Assembly: GCA_963814375.1 (NCBI GenBank) | Contig: CAWFCQ010000005.1 | Span: forward strand, 32,001-96,000 | DNA: 64,000 nucleotides | Origin: an uncultured Chloroflexia bacterium | GTDB lineage: Bacteria > Chloroflexota > Limnocylindria > QHBO01 | Direction: 5' to 3' | Shown: piece by piece, positions 9,300 to 18,166 of the stretch | How the letters are laid out: each line of letters opens with the position of its first letter | How positions within the stretch are numbered: the stretch's first letter is position 1 | Notes under the pieces: generated by a model | The model's input: the letters and a program-made list of their open reading frames with translations, nothing else | The model's database searches: none | Told to the model about the DNA's origin: nothing | Made by a program: the position numbers and the translations under genes

Positions 9300-10400
9300 T
9301 CAATCGGTGACGGTCGGCGGCATCAGCTCCGCGTACGCCGCCAGGCAGCGCTCTGCGCAGCGAGACCAGGTCCACTCGGCGACCACGTCCTCGCGGGCCT
9401 GCCGGCCCATTCGGGCGGCGAGCGCTGGTTGACGCACCAATCGCTCGATGGAGCGCCGAAGGCCATCCACGTCGCCGGGGTCGACAATTAGCCCGGTGAC
9501 ACCATCGCGGACCAATTCCGGCAGTCCGCCGACCCGGCTGGCAATGACCGGAGTGCCACTCGCCATGGCCTCGATGGCCACCAGGCCAAGCAGCTCGGAC
9601 ACCCGGATCCTTCGCCCGTAGCAGGTGCGTTCCACCGAGGGCATGACGACGGCCATTGCCTGCCGGTAGAGCCGCGGGAGCTCCATGTCATCGACGGGGC
9701 CCGCGAAGCGCACCTGACGTCCCGACGCCAGGGATCGCAGAAGGACTGGGTACTCTCGCTCCGGAAGATCCAGGTCGTGACCGTCGCTGCCCACGATGGT
9801 CAGCGGCACGTCAGGCGGGAGAGCGCGGATCAAAGTGTCGGTGCCCTTATGGGGGGTGAGCCGTCCGACGAACAGAAGGCCCCTCCGCGCTACCGCCGCA
9901 TCCGGCGCGTATCGGGCCGGGTCGGCGCCGCCGTAGATGATGCGGGTCCTGGATCCCGGCGATCCGAGCTCGTTGGCCGAGTAGCGGGACACCGTCAGGA
10001 ACCTGTCGTAGAGCCGCGGCACGAGGCCGAACCAGTCGCTGCCCTGCAGCCCGTGATCCGTCACCACCACTCGCGTGCCCCTGGCACGCGCGGTTATCGC
10101 TGCCAGGATGCTCGCGGGGCTGCGCATCTGATGCACGTGGACGACGTCGGCCCTGCTGAGCGCTCGCGGTAATGAGGGGGCGATCGGACGTGCGGGGTGG
10201 CCGCCCAGATAACGGATCGGGCGGAGAACCCGGACGCGGAGCGGCCCTTCGTCCCACTGACCGGCCACCTGGCCGAAGGTGATCAGCTCGGAAGGGATAT
10301 GCTCGGCCAACTCCCGGGCCAGCTCGTGTGGATATCGTTCACCGCCGCCGAACAGGCCCCCCGAACCGAACGACGTCGGAGCCACATGGATGACTCGCAC
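9300..10400 (-). CDS. Glycosyltransferase family 4
   Basis: GGGERY, FVGRLTPHKG and ELLGLVAIEAMASGTPVI (EX7E). Confidence 0.9.
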   Translation of the reverse strand: MRVIHVAPTSFGSGGLFGGGERYPHELARELAEHIPSELITFGQVAGQWDEGPLRVRVLRPIRYLGGHPARPIAPSLPRALSRADVVHVHQMRSPASILAAITARARGTRVVVTDHGLQGSDWFGLVPRLYDRFLTVSRYSANELGSPGSRTRIIYGGADPARYAPDAAVARRGLLFVGRLTPHKGTDTLIRALPPDVPLTIVGSDGHDLDLPEREYPVLLRSLASGRQVRFAGPVDDMELPRLYRQAMAVVMPSVERTCYGRRIRVSELLGLVAIEAMASGTPVIASRVGGLPELVRDGVTGLIVDPGDVDGLRRSIERLVRQPALAARMGRQAREDVVAEWTWSRCAERCLAAYAELMPPTVTD

Positions 10401-11508
10401 GCGGGTAGTGCTCCTGACCCTAGGTGACCCGGATCGGGTGACGGGCGGCTATCTCTTTCACCGCCGGCTCGCCGACCGGGCTGCCGAATTCGACATGGCG
10501 ATCACCTTCGTCTCGATCCCGGATGGTCCACTCCCCTACGGAGTGGTCTCCGGACCCGGCTGGCTTCGGGACCGCGCGGTACGAGAAGCCCACGTGGTCG
10601 TCGTCGACAGCATTGCCGCGGCGGCTGCGGCTCCGTGGCTTGGCCGCGTTCGCGTGCCTGTGATGGCAATGATTCACCAACCCGTCGGAGGCATGGACTC
10701 GGGCCGTCTCGGCCGCTGGGCGAGGATTCCACTCGACCGCTGGGCGTACCGTCGAGCCAATCCGCTCATGGTGGCAAGCGAGTGGCTGGTCGAGCAGCTC
10801 GTGGCGGCGAGAATTCCTCGGCGAAAGCTGCGCGTCGTCCCGCCCGGTAAGGACCCTGAAGCCGATAGTGTCTCGGCTCAGCCGGGCGTCCCAAGCATCA
10901 CCAGCTCGGAGCTGCGCCAGGGCCGTCAGATGGCCGCCGTGTGCGTCGCCAACTGGCTCCCCCGCAAGGGTATCGTGGAGCTGCTCGACGCGGTTGCCGC
11001 GCTTCCGGACGACCTCGTTACCCTGCATCTCGTCGGCGATGCGAGCCAGGACAGCTCGTACGGGCCCGCAGTTCACAAGCGGCTCGGCCGAGAGGACCTC
11101 CGGAGCCGGGTCGTGGTCCATGGGCTGGTCTCCGCGAGAGTCGTGGCTCAGATGTATCTCGCCGTCGACGCCTTCGCGCTGCCGAGCTTCGTGGAACCCT
11201 ATGGGACCGTGTGGGGGGAGGCCATGGCCGCGGGGCTTCCGGTCATCGGATGGCGAGCCGGCAACCTTCCGTTCCTGGTCGATCACGAGCGCGAGGGCCT
11301 GCTTGTCCCGGTGGGCGACATAAATGCCCTGAGCGAGGCATTGGCGCGAGCGGCGCGGGACCCTGCGATGCGGGAACGCATGGGCAGCGCGGCACGCACT
11401 CGCGCGGCATCACGGCCGACGTGGGACGAGACGGCAAGCCTCTTCTTCACTGAGATTCGCCAAGTCCTCGGGCGCCCACGAGATCGGCGGCCTGGCCGAG
11501 ATCGGTGA
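10390..11508 (+). CDS. Glycosyltransferase family 4 (TGGY-type)
   Basis: GDPDRVTGGYLFHRR, PRKG and EPYGTVWGEAMAAGLPV; start estimated. Confidence 0.88.
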   Translation: MTRTRVVLLTLGDPDRVTGGYLFHRRLADRAAEFDMAITFVSIPDGPLPYGVVSGPGWLRDRAVREAHVVVVDSIAAAAAAPWLGRVRVPVMAMIHQPVGGMDSGRLGRWARIPLDRWAYRRANPLMVASEWLVEQLVAARIPRRKLRVVPPGKDPEADSVSAQPGVPSITSSELRQGRQMAAVCVANWLPRKGIVELLDAVAALPDDLVTLHLVGDASQDSSYGPAVHKRLGREDLRSRVVVHGLVSARVVAQMYLAVDAFALPSFVEPYGTVWGEAMAAGLPVIGWRAGNLPFLVDHEREGLLVPVGDINALSEALARAARDPAMRERMGSAARTRAASRPTWDETASLFFTEIRQVLGRPRDRRPGRDR

Positions 11509-12142
11509 CCACCTTGTGACTGCTCGCGTGCCCGCCGGCTGAACCACGCCCACCTCGGCGCACGAGAATGGTGTCCATGCCCAACGCGGCTGCGCCGTCC
11601 AGCTGCGCCGGCTCATCATCGACGGCGGTCACCGCGTTCGCCTCGGCATCGAGCGAACCGAGGGCCACTGTTAGCAGCTCCGGCTTGAGGAGGCCAACGT
11701 CGCACGAGGCGAACACTGCGTCGACCATCGGCTGAAGCCCAAGCTCTCCCACCACATTCGCGGCTTCGGCCGACGCATTGGTCACGATGACGAGCCGGAG
11801 CCCCACCCCGCGCATTCGGCGGAGCGCCGGGACAACGTCCGAGTACAACGAAACCCCTCGCTTCCAGTTCGTCCGCTCGCGCTCGGCCAACGCCTGCAGC
11901 GAGCGATGCGAAAGGTCCGATCCGGTGGCGACCCCGGCAGCGGTGAACACTGCGGCGAGGTCGCCGGCAAGAGATCCGTACGCGCCCGTCATTCGCGCCC
12001 TGTGGGTCCCATCCCAGGCCCGACGGGCGGTGTCGGACCGGATGCCGACCATCGCAGCCAGGGCCGCCCGCCCACGCAGCAACGCCGGCCAGTCTGGCTC
12101 GACCAAGGTTCCATACAGGTCAAGGAATACCGTGCCCGTCAC
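11447..12142 (-). CDS. HAD-family hydrolase/phosphatase
   Basis: DLYGTL motif I, TN motif II, KP and VDD motifs; start GTG estimated. Confidence 0.8.
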   Translation of the reverse strand: MTGTVFLDLYGTLVEPDWPALLRGRAALAAMVGIRSDTARRAWDGTHRARMTGAYGSLAGDLAAVFTAAGVATGSDLSHRSLQALAERERTNWKRGVSLYSDVVPALRRMRGVGLRLVIVTNASAEAANVVGELGLQPMVDAVFASCDVGLLKPELLTVALGSLDAEANAVTAVDDEPAQLDGAAALGMDTILVRRGGRGSAGGHASSHKVVTDLGQAADLVGARGLGESQ

Positions 12143-12149
12143 AGGACGG

Positions 12150-12524
12150 CTAGAGCTCCATGTCCACGGTGGCCCATGCAATCGGCGACTCGTGGACCGT
12201 CACCCGAAGCGATTCCAGCGGCGAGGACGGCGTGAGAGTCAGACGGACGTGATCCCACACGTGCTGCGCAACCATCTCCACCGTCGTGCTTTCGCCCGCG
12301 AAGTCCGAGAGGGAATCAAGTCGGGCCGATTCCAGATGGGCCAGGCATGCATCCAATGCCGATCCGAGATGGTCCAGGTCCAGCACCATCCCGCTCTCAT
12401 TGAGCGCCTGCCCCCGAACCACCACTTCCACCCGGTAGTCGTGTTCGTGATCCTCGGCGGCCGACGGCGTTTCCTCCAGCTGGTGCGCTGCGTGAAATGT
12501 CCGGGCAACTCCGACCTCATACAT
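12150..12524 (-). CDS. 6-pyruvoyl-tetrahydropterin synthase/QueD-fold (COG0720) protein
   Basis: FHAAH, HEHDY, TTVE and VHES motifs; no catalytic Cys. Confidence 0.85.
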   Translation of the reverse strand: MYEVGVARTFHAAHQLEETPSAAEDHEHDYRVEVVVRGQALNESGMVLDLDHLGSALDACLAHLESARLDSLSDFAGESTTVEMVAQHVWDHVRLTLTPSSPLESLRVTVHESPIAWATVDMEL

Positions 12525-13521
12525 AGCTCAAGACCACTTGCAAGCACTCCTGTGGGTTCGTGTCCAGCAGCTCGTACGCGGACGCAGCAGCAGGGAACGG
12601 GAAGCGGTGGGTGATCAGGTCCTCCAGGGGCAGCTCCGTCAGCAGGTCCGTAACGAGTCGCGTGCGCCGCTCGCGATCCCACCGAGGCGATATGGCAGGG
12701 TCGAGGGTTGAGACCTGGGAGCTGACCAGCCGAAGCCGTCGCCGATGGAACGCACCGCCCAGCGCCACCGTCACCCCGCGCGTCCCGTACCACGAGGCGA
12801 CCACGATCGTGGCTCCGAACGCCGCCGCGTCGACGCACGACTGGAGCGCAGACGGTACGCCGCTCGATTCGATGGCGACGTCCACCCCGCGCCCACCAGT
12901 CAGATCTCGGATGGCGGCAGCCAGCTCGTCCCCGGGCGGAAGGGCGTGGTGGGCGCCGGCCAGCCGCGAGGCCTCCCTGCGTTTCTCGTGGAGATCCACC
13001 CCGATCACCAGCCCGGCACCGGTCCGACGCAACAGCATCGTGGTCAGCAATCCGACGACCCCCTGACCGATCACCACGACGGCATCACCCAGCCTCGGGT
13101 GTGCGTCGAGCGCCACCGTCGCTGCCGTCTCGAGATTCGCCGTGAACACGCCACGCTCCCAGTTCATCCCCCGCGGCAGTGCAATCGGGAAGTCGGCCGA
13201 CACGACGTACTCGGTCTGGTGCGGATGGTGGACGAAGACCACGTCGTCGGGGGCGAGCAGGTCGACGTCCTTACCGACCTCGATTACCCGGCCGACGCTG
13301 GCGTATCCGAACTTGATGGGGAACCCGAAGCTTCCCGTCACGGTCGGAAGATCCGGCGGAAGGTCGTCCGGAGCTTCGCCGCGGTACACAAGGAGCTCGC
13401 TCCCTGCGCTGATGCCGGAGACGAGTGCCCTCACCCTCACCTCGCTCGGTCCGGTTAGCTGAGAAGCCTCGCTGCGCAGCTCCGCGATGCGCGGAGCAGG
13501 AAACCAGACGGCCTCAGGCAT
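12517..13521 (-). CDS. MDR-superfamily (zinc-binding ADH-like) oxidoreductase
   Basis: SGISAGSE, GYASVG, GQGVVG and SSQV motifs; overlaps both neighbours. Confidence 0.85.
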   Translation of the reverse strand: MPEAVWFPAPRIAELRSEASQLTGPSEVRVRALVSGISAGSELLVYRGEAPDDLPPDLPTVTGSFGFPIKFGYASVGRVIEVGKDVDLLAPDDVVFVHHPHQTEYVVSADFPIALPRGMNWERGVFTANLETAATVALDAHPRLGDAVVVIGQGVVGLLTTMLLRRTGAGLVIGVDLHEKRREASRLAGAHHALPPGDELAAAIRDLTGGRGVDVAIESSGVPSALQSCVDAAAFGATIVVASWYGTRGVTVALGGAFHRRRLRLVSSQVSTLDPAISPRWDRERRTRLVTDLLTELPLEDLITHRFPFPAAASAYELLDTNPQECLQVVLSYV

Positions 13522-14803
13522 CCGTCGCGCTTCCGGGCTCGAGCTCTCCGTCAAATACAACGTCGGGTCCAACCTGGGAGAAAGCGGCGCGCCGAAATGA
13601 GATTGCGTCGGCAAGGCGCCTGATGTCGAGGTCACCCACGGCCTCGATGCCGGCCCCAAGGATGGTCGGGGCGATCGAGACGACCAGGCGTCGAACCCTC
13701 CTCTCCCGGAGCAATGAGGTGATCACCCCGGCCCCTCCCTCTACCAAGACCGATGCGAGACGGCGCCGTCCAAGCTCATCCAGTAGCTCGCCCAGATCGA
13801 GGTGCCCGTTCGGCGTGCTCGGCAACACCAGCACCTCTGCGCCCGCTGCCGCGAAGGCGCGTCGCCTGCTTCGCGGTGCGCGAGCGGTGGTGGCCAGCAG
13901 TGTTGGTGCCGCGCAATCGGTGACGACCCTTGCCGTCAGAGGGATGCGCAGCGTGCTGTCAATGACGATGCGCGTGGGCGAGGGCCCTTCGACCAGGCGA
14001 ACCGTCAGCCTCGGATCGTCGGCCATGACGGTGCCAGCACCGACCATCACGGCCGAATGAGAAGCACGCAGTTCGTGGGCGAATCGTGTCGATGCTTCAC
14101 CACTGATCCACTGGGACTCGCCTGACCGCGTGGCGAGCCGTCCATCGAGGGTCTGTGCGTAGTGGATGGTCACAGGAGGCCGAGGCAGTTGCAGCGGGGC
14201 TTCGTGGCCGAGGCGGGCGATCTTCGTGGCGAGGTAGGTCGAGTTCACGCCGTTGGGCAGAGCGGGGAGCTGCACGCGCTCGACCACCTGAATGCCCGCC
14301 GCTTCGAGCGCCGCGAGCTTGTCGGGGTTGTTGGTCATCAGCCGCATGCGCGTGAGACCCAGCTCGGACAGGATCGCCGCTGCTCCACGGTAGTCGCGAG
14401 CGTCGACCGGCAGGCCCAGGGCACTGTTCGCATCGACGGTGTCCAGACCGGCATCCTGCAGCCCGTACGCTCGCAACTTGTTCGCCAGGCCGATGCCCCT
14501 TCCCTCCTGTCTCAGGTAGAGGAGGACGCCGACGCCCTCTGACGTGATGGCGGTTAGCGCGCGGCCCAGCTGCTCGCCGCAGTCACACCGAAGCGAGCCG
14601 ACGACGTCGCCCGTCCAGCATTCAGAATGCAGCCTGACCAACGGAGCGGTCGCGGATCCGAGGTCGCCGTGTACCAGCGCGATCGGCTCCGTCCCGTCCA
14701 CGCGGTCTGCGAAGACGATCGCCTCGAACGGCCCCAGGCGCGTGGGCAGACACGCGGTCGACAGGCGCTCGACTCGGGCCTCGATGTCACGGGCAGAGTC
14801 CAT
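13514..14803 (-). CDS. ribA: GTP cyclohydrolase II fused to RibD-type pyrimidine reductase domain
   Basis: RLHSECWTGD..SLRCDCG, QEGRGIGL and TNNPDK, then AQTLDGR..SQWIS, GTVMADDPRLTVR and VEGG. Confidence 0.9.
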   Translation of the reverse strand: MDSARDIEARVERLSTACLPTRLGPFEAIVFADRVDGTEPIALVHGDLGSATAPLVRLHSECWTGDVVGSLRCDCGEQLGRALTAITSEGVGVLLYLRQEGRGIGLANKLRAYGLQDAGLDTVDANSALGLPVDARDYRGAAAILSELGLTRMRLMTNNPDKLAALEAAGIQVVERVQLPALPNGVNSTYLATKIARLGHEAPLQLPRPPVTIHYAQTLDGRLATRSGESQWISGEASTRFAHELRASHSAVMVGAGTVMADDPRLTVRLVEGPSPTRIVIDSTLRIPLTARVVTDCAAPTLLATTARAPRSRRRAFAAAGAEVLVLPSTPNGHLDLGELLDELGRRRLASVLVEGGAGVITSLLRERRVRRLVVSIAPTILGAGIEAVGDLDIRRLADAISFRRAAFSQVGPDVVFDGELEPGSATDA

Positions 14804-14957
14804 CGACGAGGTCCATTGCACGCCGCGCGCCACCGGGCGCGCGTGCGAACCGAGGGCGGCACCTTGCCTGCGGCAGACGCGCCCGTTGCCGTCACAGTCG
14901 ATGTGCGATTGGCGGACGCAGCGGGACGACGATTGCTATTGGCCGCGCCAGTGGGAG

Positions 14958-15215
14958 ACGGAAGCCGATGCGGTCGATTTCGTCCGCGATGCCTTCAAGC
15001 ACTGCAAGGCCGTCATGGCAACGGGCGAGGCCGTCAGCCTGCTCGAGGCCGCTCACATTCCCACTGATAAGCCCGACGGGCCCGATCCCTCGGACGATGC
15101 CACGATCGTCGCACCCAAGATGACCCAGGCGGTTGCGAAACGGTTCGTGGCTGCCCTTGCCCGACCCCTTTCAGCGCCGGCGCACCGCCGCTTCGGCGAG
15201 TGCCGTAGGAAATGA
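14958..15215 (+). pseudogene. Fragment of large catalase (HPII/KatE) C-terminal DJ-1-like domain
   Basis: AVDFVRDAFKHCKAV..GEAVSLL...FVAALA; no start codon and no heme domain. Confidence 0.65.
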
Positions 15216-15259
15216 ATTCGAGGGGATGAGGCGACCTCGGGCTTCGGAACCGCGACCCG

Positions 15260-15640
15260 TTAGTCCTCTACCGGACGAGCGTACGAGCTGGCGGCCGTCA
15301 GCCCGTATACGTTGCCATCAGGAGCTCGGAAGTGCAGCCAGCCCTCAGCGCCACGGACCTCGGGCTCACCGACGATCTCGACGCCGGCAGACCGCAGCTC
15401 CGTCATGGCGGCAGGCAGGTCGTCGACCAGGAACTCAGGCACCGGACCGGTGGTGAAATGGTGATGATCGGTGTCCGAAGGTCCAAAGATTTCGATCTGG
15501 GAGGAATCCGGCATCCGAGCCCAGCCGAAGTCAGGTTCGGATTCCTTCAGTGCCACCCCGAGCACATCGCGGAAGAAGGCCATCGTTTCCGGGAACGCCT
15601 TGGTCCGGGTTCCCACCCACACGACTCCCAGCACTCGCAT
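15260..15640 (-). CDS. VOC/glyoxalase family protein
   Basis: FFRDVLG, FLVDDL and FRAPDGNVY motifs. Confidence 0.88.
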   Translation of the reverse strand: MRVLGVVWVGTRTKAFPETMAFFRDVLGVALKESEPDFGWARMPDSSQIEIFGPSDTDHHHFTTGPVPEFLVDDLPAAMTELRSAGVEIVGEPEVRGAEGWLHFRAPDGNVYGLTAASSYARPVED

Positions 15641-15689
15641 GACCCGATGATCGCAGGGGTGCGCAAGATGGCAGTACGGGCGCCGTCGC

Positions 15690-16214
15690 TCATTCTGCGG
15701 ATCGGTCTGAGTCGGCGATCGGCGAACCGCTTGTTCCATTCCACGGCGTGAGCCGCGGCCACCACGCGGGCACGGCGCGGCAGTAGTCATCGTATGAGGC
15801 GCCATAGGTTCTGCGCAGAGTGGGTTGCTCGTACGCCGCCACGAACGACACGACAGCGACGGAGAACAGCGCAAACCAGACGAGCACCCAGATACTGGCG
15901 AAGGCGACCGCCTGGCCGAGGATCATCGCGCCTACCGCCAGGTACATCGGGTTCCGCACCCAGCGGTAGAGCCCGCCGACGACCAGCTCGTCCGTGGGCG
16001 CGATTGGCGCCGGCGTCCCACGGCCCTCACGGACGAACTGCACGAAGCACGCGACCAGCGCCGCAAGCCCGAGCGCGACGACGACCAGTCCGAGTACTGC
16101 GACCGGCGATTCGACCAGGCCGGTGTACCGCGTGATTGACCAGGGCACCACGCCGGCCACCACCCCGGGCGCGACGATGAAGAAGAGCACGCTTCCCCAT
16201 GCCGCTCGCGTCAC
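15690..16214 (-). CDS. Isoprenylcysteine carboxyl methyltransferase/PEMT family membrane protein
   Basis: GRGTPAP, GLYRWVRNPMY and EQPTL..YG..Y..Y...VP.W. Confidence 0.88.
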   Translation of the reverse strand: MTRAAWGSVLFFIVAPGVVAGVVPWSITRYTGLVESPVAVLGLVVVALGLAALVACFVQFVREGRGTPAPIAPTDELVVGGLYRWVRNPMYLAVGAMILGQAVAFASIWVLVWFALFSVAVVSFVAAYEQPTLRRTYGASYDDYCRAVPAWWPRLTPWNGTSGSPIADSDRSAE

Positions 16215-16274
16215 GCCGAGAATACTAGGCTCGACAGACGATGGCGCCCAGCGACGGGCCCAGTGAGCCGAAGC

Positions 16275-16385
16275 GTCCAGCTTCTCGGCGATCCGCTCCG
16301 GGCGCGCGGACTTCGGAATCACTGAGCGCCCGCGGTCGATGTGCCAACGACGACCTGGGCGGGACTCTTCCCGTACGTCGCGCGG
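16275..16385 (-). pseudogene. Short remnant of an aldo/keto reductase C-terminus
   Basis: YGKSPAQVV/RWHIDRGRSVIPKSARPERIAE with a small internal deletion. Confidence 0.7.
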
Positions 16386-16439
16386 TCCTAGCCGCCACCA
16401 TGAATGCGTCCGAACGAGCCAACGCCGCCGGCTACGTAG

Positions 16440-16652
16440 TCAGCTCTCGCTCATGTACGTCCCGGTGTCGATCTCGCCGCCCCGTTCGTACCGGACGAAG
16501 ATCGGGCCTGTCGCGGTCTCCCTCGTCTCGATCAAGCGAAGGCCACGTGGGGCGGTCCCGTTGGCGAGAGCCGCTTGCCCTCGCCGATGAGCACGGGATA
16601 GATCCATGACGCCATCCAGGGTCAGGAACGTATGGACCGCGAGTTTGCGCAT
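16440..16652 (-). pseudogene. Internally deleted dihydrofolate reductase/RibD_C family gene
   Basis: N-terminus MRKLAVHTFLTLDGVM joined almost directly to C-terminus GTAPRGLRLIETRETATG..FVRYE. Confidence 0.7.
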
Positions 16653-16762
16653 TGCTCGGTCTCCACGCCCGGATGGATTTTCCCGCCGGCACTTCGGGCC
16701 GGATGGCGAGGCAGCGGATGCATCCTTTGTGCCGCGGCGAGCGCACTGGGGACGCTCCGATT

Positions 16763-17164
16763 TCACCCATCGCCAGCGTCAGGGATCTGGCGTGGCTCCA
16801 GGGCGTCGGCCAAAGCTCGCTCCAGCTCCTCGATCGAGAACGGCTTTACGACGATGGGCACGCCCAGGTGATCGAGGCGCGGCCGTACCGATTCGACAAC
16901 GTCGACGGCACCGGTACAAAGGATGATCGGGATGGCGCGCGTGTCTTCGTCGGCTCGCATCTCCTCGATGATGCGCAGTCCGTACTCGTCGTCGTCGGGA
17001 CGCTGCAAGTCAACGAGCAGGGCATCGGCGCCAACGTCTCGCGCAGTCTCTGGCCCGGAAGCTACGGTCTCCTTTGTAACCGGCTCGTGACCAAGAGCGA
17101 CGAGCACAGACTCGTACATGTCGAGCGTTTCATTGTCATCGTTGACGACGAGAACGACGGCCAT
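16763..17164 (-). CDS. Stand-alone response regulator receiver
   Basis: VVNDD, LLVDL, CTG and KPF. Confidence 0.85.
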   Translation of the reverse strand: MAVVLVVNDDNETLDMYESVLVALGHEPVTKETVASGPETARDVGADALLVDLQRPDDDEYGLRIIEEMRADEDTRAIPIILCTGAVDVVESVRPRLDHLGVPIVVKPFSIEELERALADALEPRQIPDAGDG

Positions 17165-17216
17165 GCTCGGCCGGGTAAGCAACCGATGTGCCGACTTAAG
17201 CCCTCGCCCGACTCCC

Positions 17217-17585
17217 CTACCCCGCCTCCCGCTCCATGTAGAACTCGCGGAAGGAGCGGCAGCGACCGTCCGGGCCGAAGTCGAGCAAGAAGGCGTTGTG
17301 ATAGAGCCTCTCGGGGGCGTCGTCCGCCGCGGCGTAGCGGCTCCAGCCGACGGCAACAGCACGGTCGCCATCGACCACCCACGGCTCATACTGGGCGGCC
17401 CAGCTGGCCGGCGCGTCCGGCTCCTCCAGCCAGTGGTCGACGATCACGAGCCGCCCGCGCCAAGTGAAGCGATCTTCGTCCCAAGGCCGATAGCTGTAGA
17501 CGGCGTCCTCGGTAAAGATCTCCTCGATCGGCTTTCGCTCGTTTGCGCGCCAGGCGTCGACGTAGCGATCGAGCCAGGCCTGCAC
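17217..17585 (-). CDS. NTF2/SnoaL-like protein
   Basis: WLDRYVDAW, FTEDAVY, DGRCRSFREFY; start uncertain. Confidence 0.75.
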   Translation of the reverse strand: MQAWLDRYVDAWRANERKPIEEIFTEDAVYSYRPWDEDRFTWRGRLVIVDHWLEEPDAPASWAAQYEPWVVDGDRAVAVGWSRYAAADDAPERLYHNAFLLDFGPDGRCRSFREFYMEREAG

Positions 17586-17595
17586 ACGGCTCGGT

Positions 17596-18060
17596 TCATC
17601 GCCCGATGCTAAGGAAGGTCTCCTGACTGTCGGGATGGCCGGTGGGGACCATCGCGGGCATGGGCACGGGGCCATGCGACAGCGCCGCCTTGTACAGGGC
17701 CCGCTCCACCACGTCGCTCAGCATGCCAAGCGTAAAGGGCTTCTCCAGCGAATAGACGTTGCCCAAGTCGGAAAACTCGTCGGCTCGTTCCCGCAGCGCT
17801 GCGATGTCGGCAGAGCACACGATCGCCGGCACGCTGAGCGCCGCAGCGACATCGTCATCGAGGGTTGAGTCGATCCCGAACACCAGGTTGGCGGTGTCAA
17901 GGTCGACAATCAGGAGGTCCGGACGCGTTGCGGCAAGCTCATCGACGGTAGCTTCAGACGCGTCGAAGCCCGTGACCTCGTGGTCTGCCATTTCATCCAG
18001 GATGCTCGTCATCAGCGCGATGAAGTCCGGATACTCGTTGACGACGGTTATCCGTGCCAT
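17596..18060 (-). CDS. Stand-alone atypical receiver domain protein
   Basis: VVNEY, PDLLIVDL, CSA and KPF. Confidence 0.8.
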   Translation of the reverse strand: MARITVVNEYPDFIALMTSILDEMADHEVTGFDASEATVDELAATRPDLLIVDLDTANLVFGIDSTLDDDVAAALSVPAIVCSADIAALRERADEFSDLGNVYSLEKPFTLGMLSDVVERALYKAALSHGPVPMPAMVPTGHPDSQETFLSIGR

Positions 18061-18166
18061 GCCATCTCCTCCAGCCACGCGGAATCGGTACCATCGAAAA
18101 GCCTGCTCCTGGCAGAGCTATGTCGTCTGTCGCTCATCTTACTTACGCGGATGATAGCCTTACGGC

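Noticed and set aside
16309-16320. GACTTCGGA match to the tRNA anticodon loop
   Set aside because: It is the reverse complement of the IPKS codons inside the AKR remnant, not a junction
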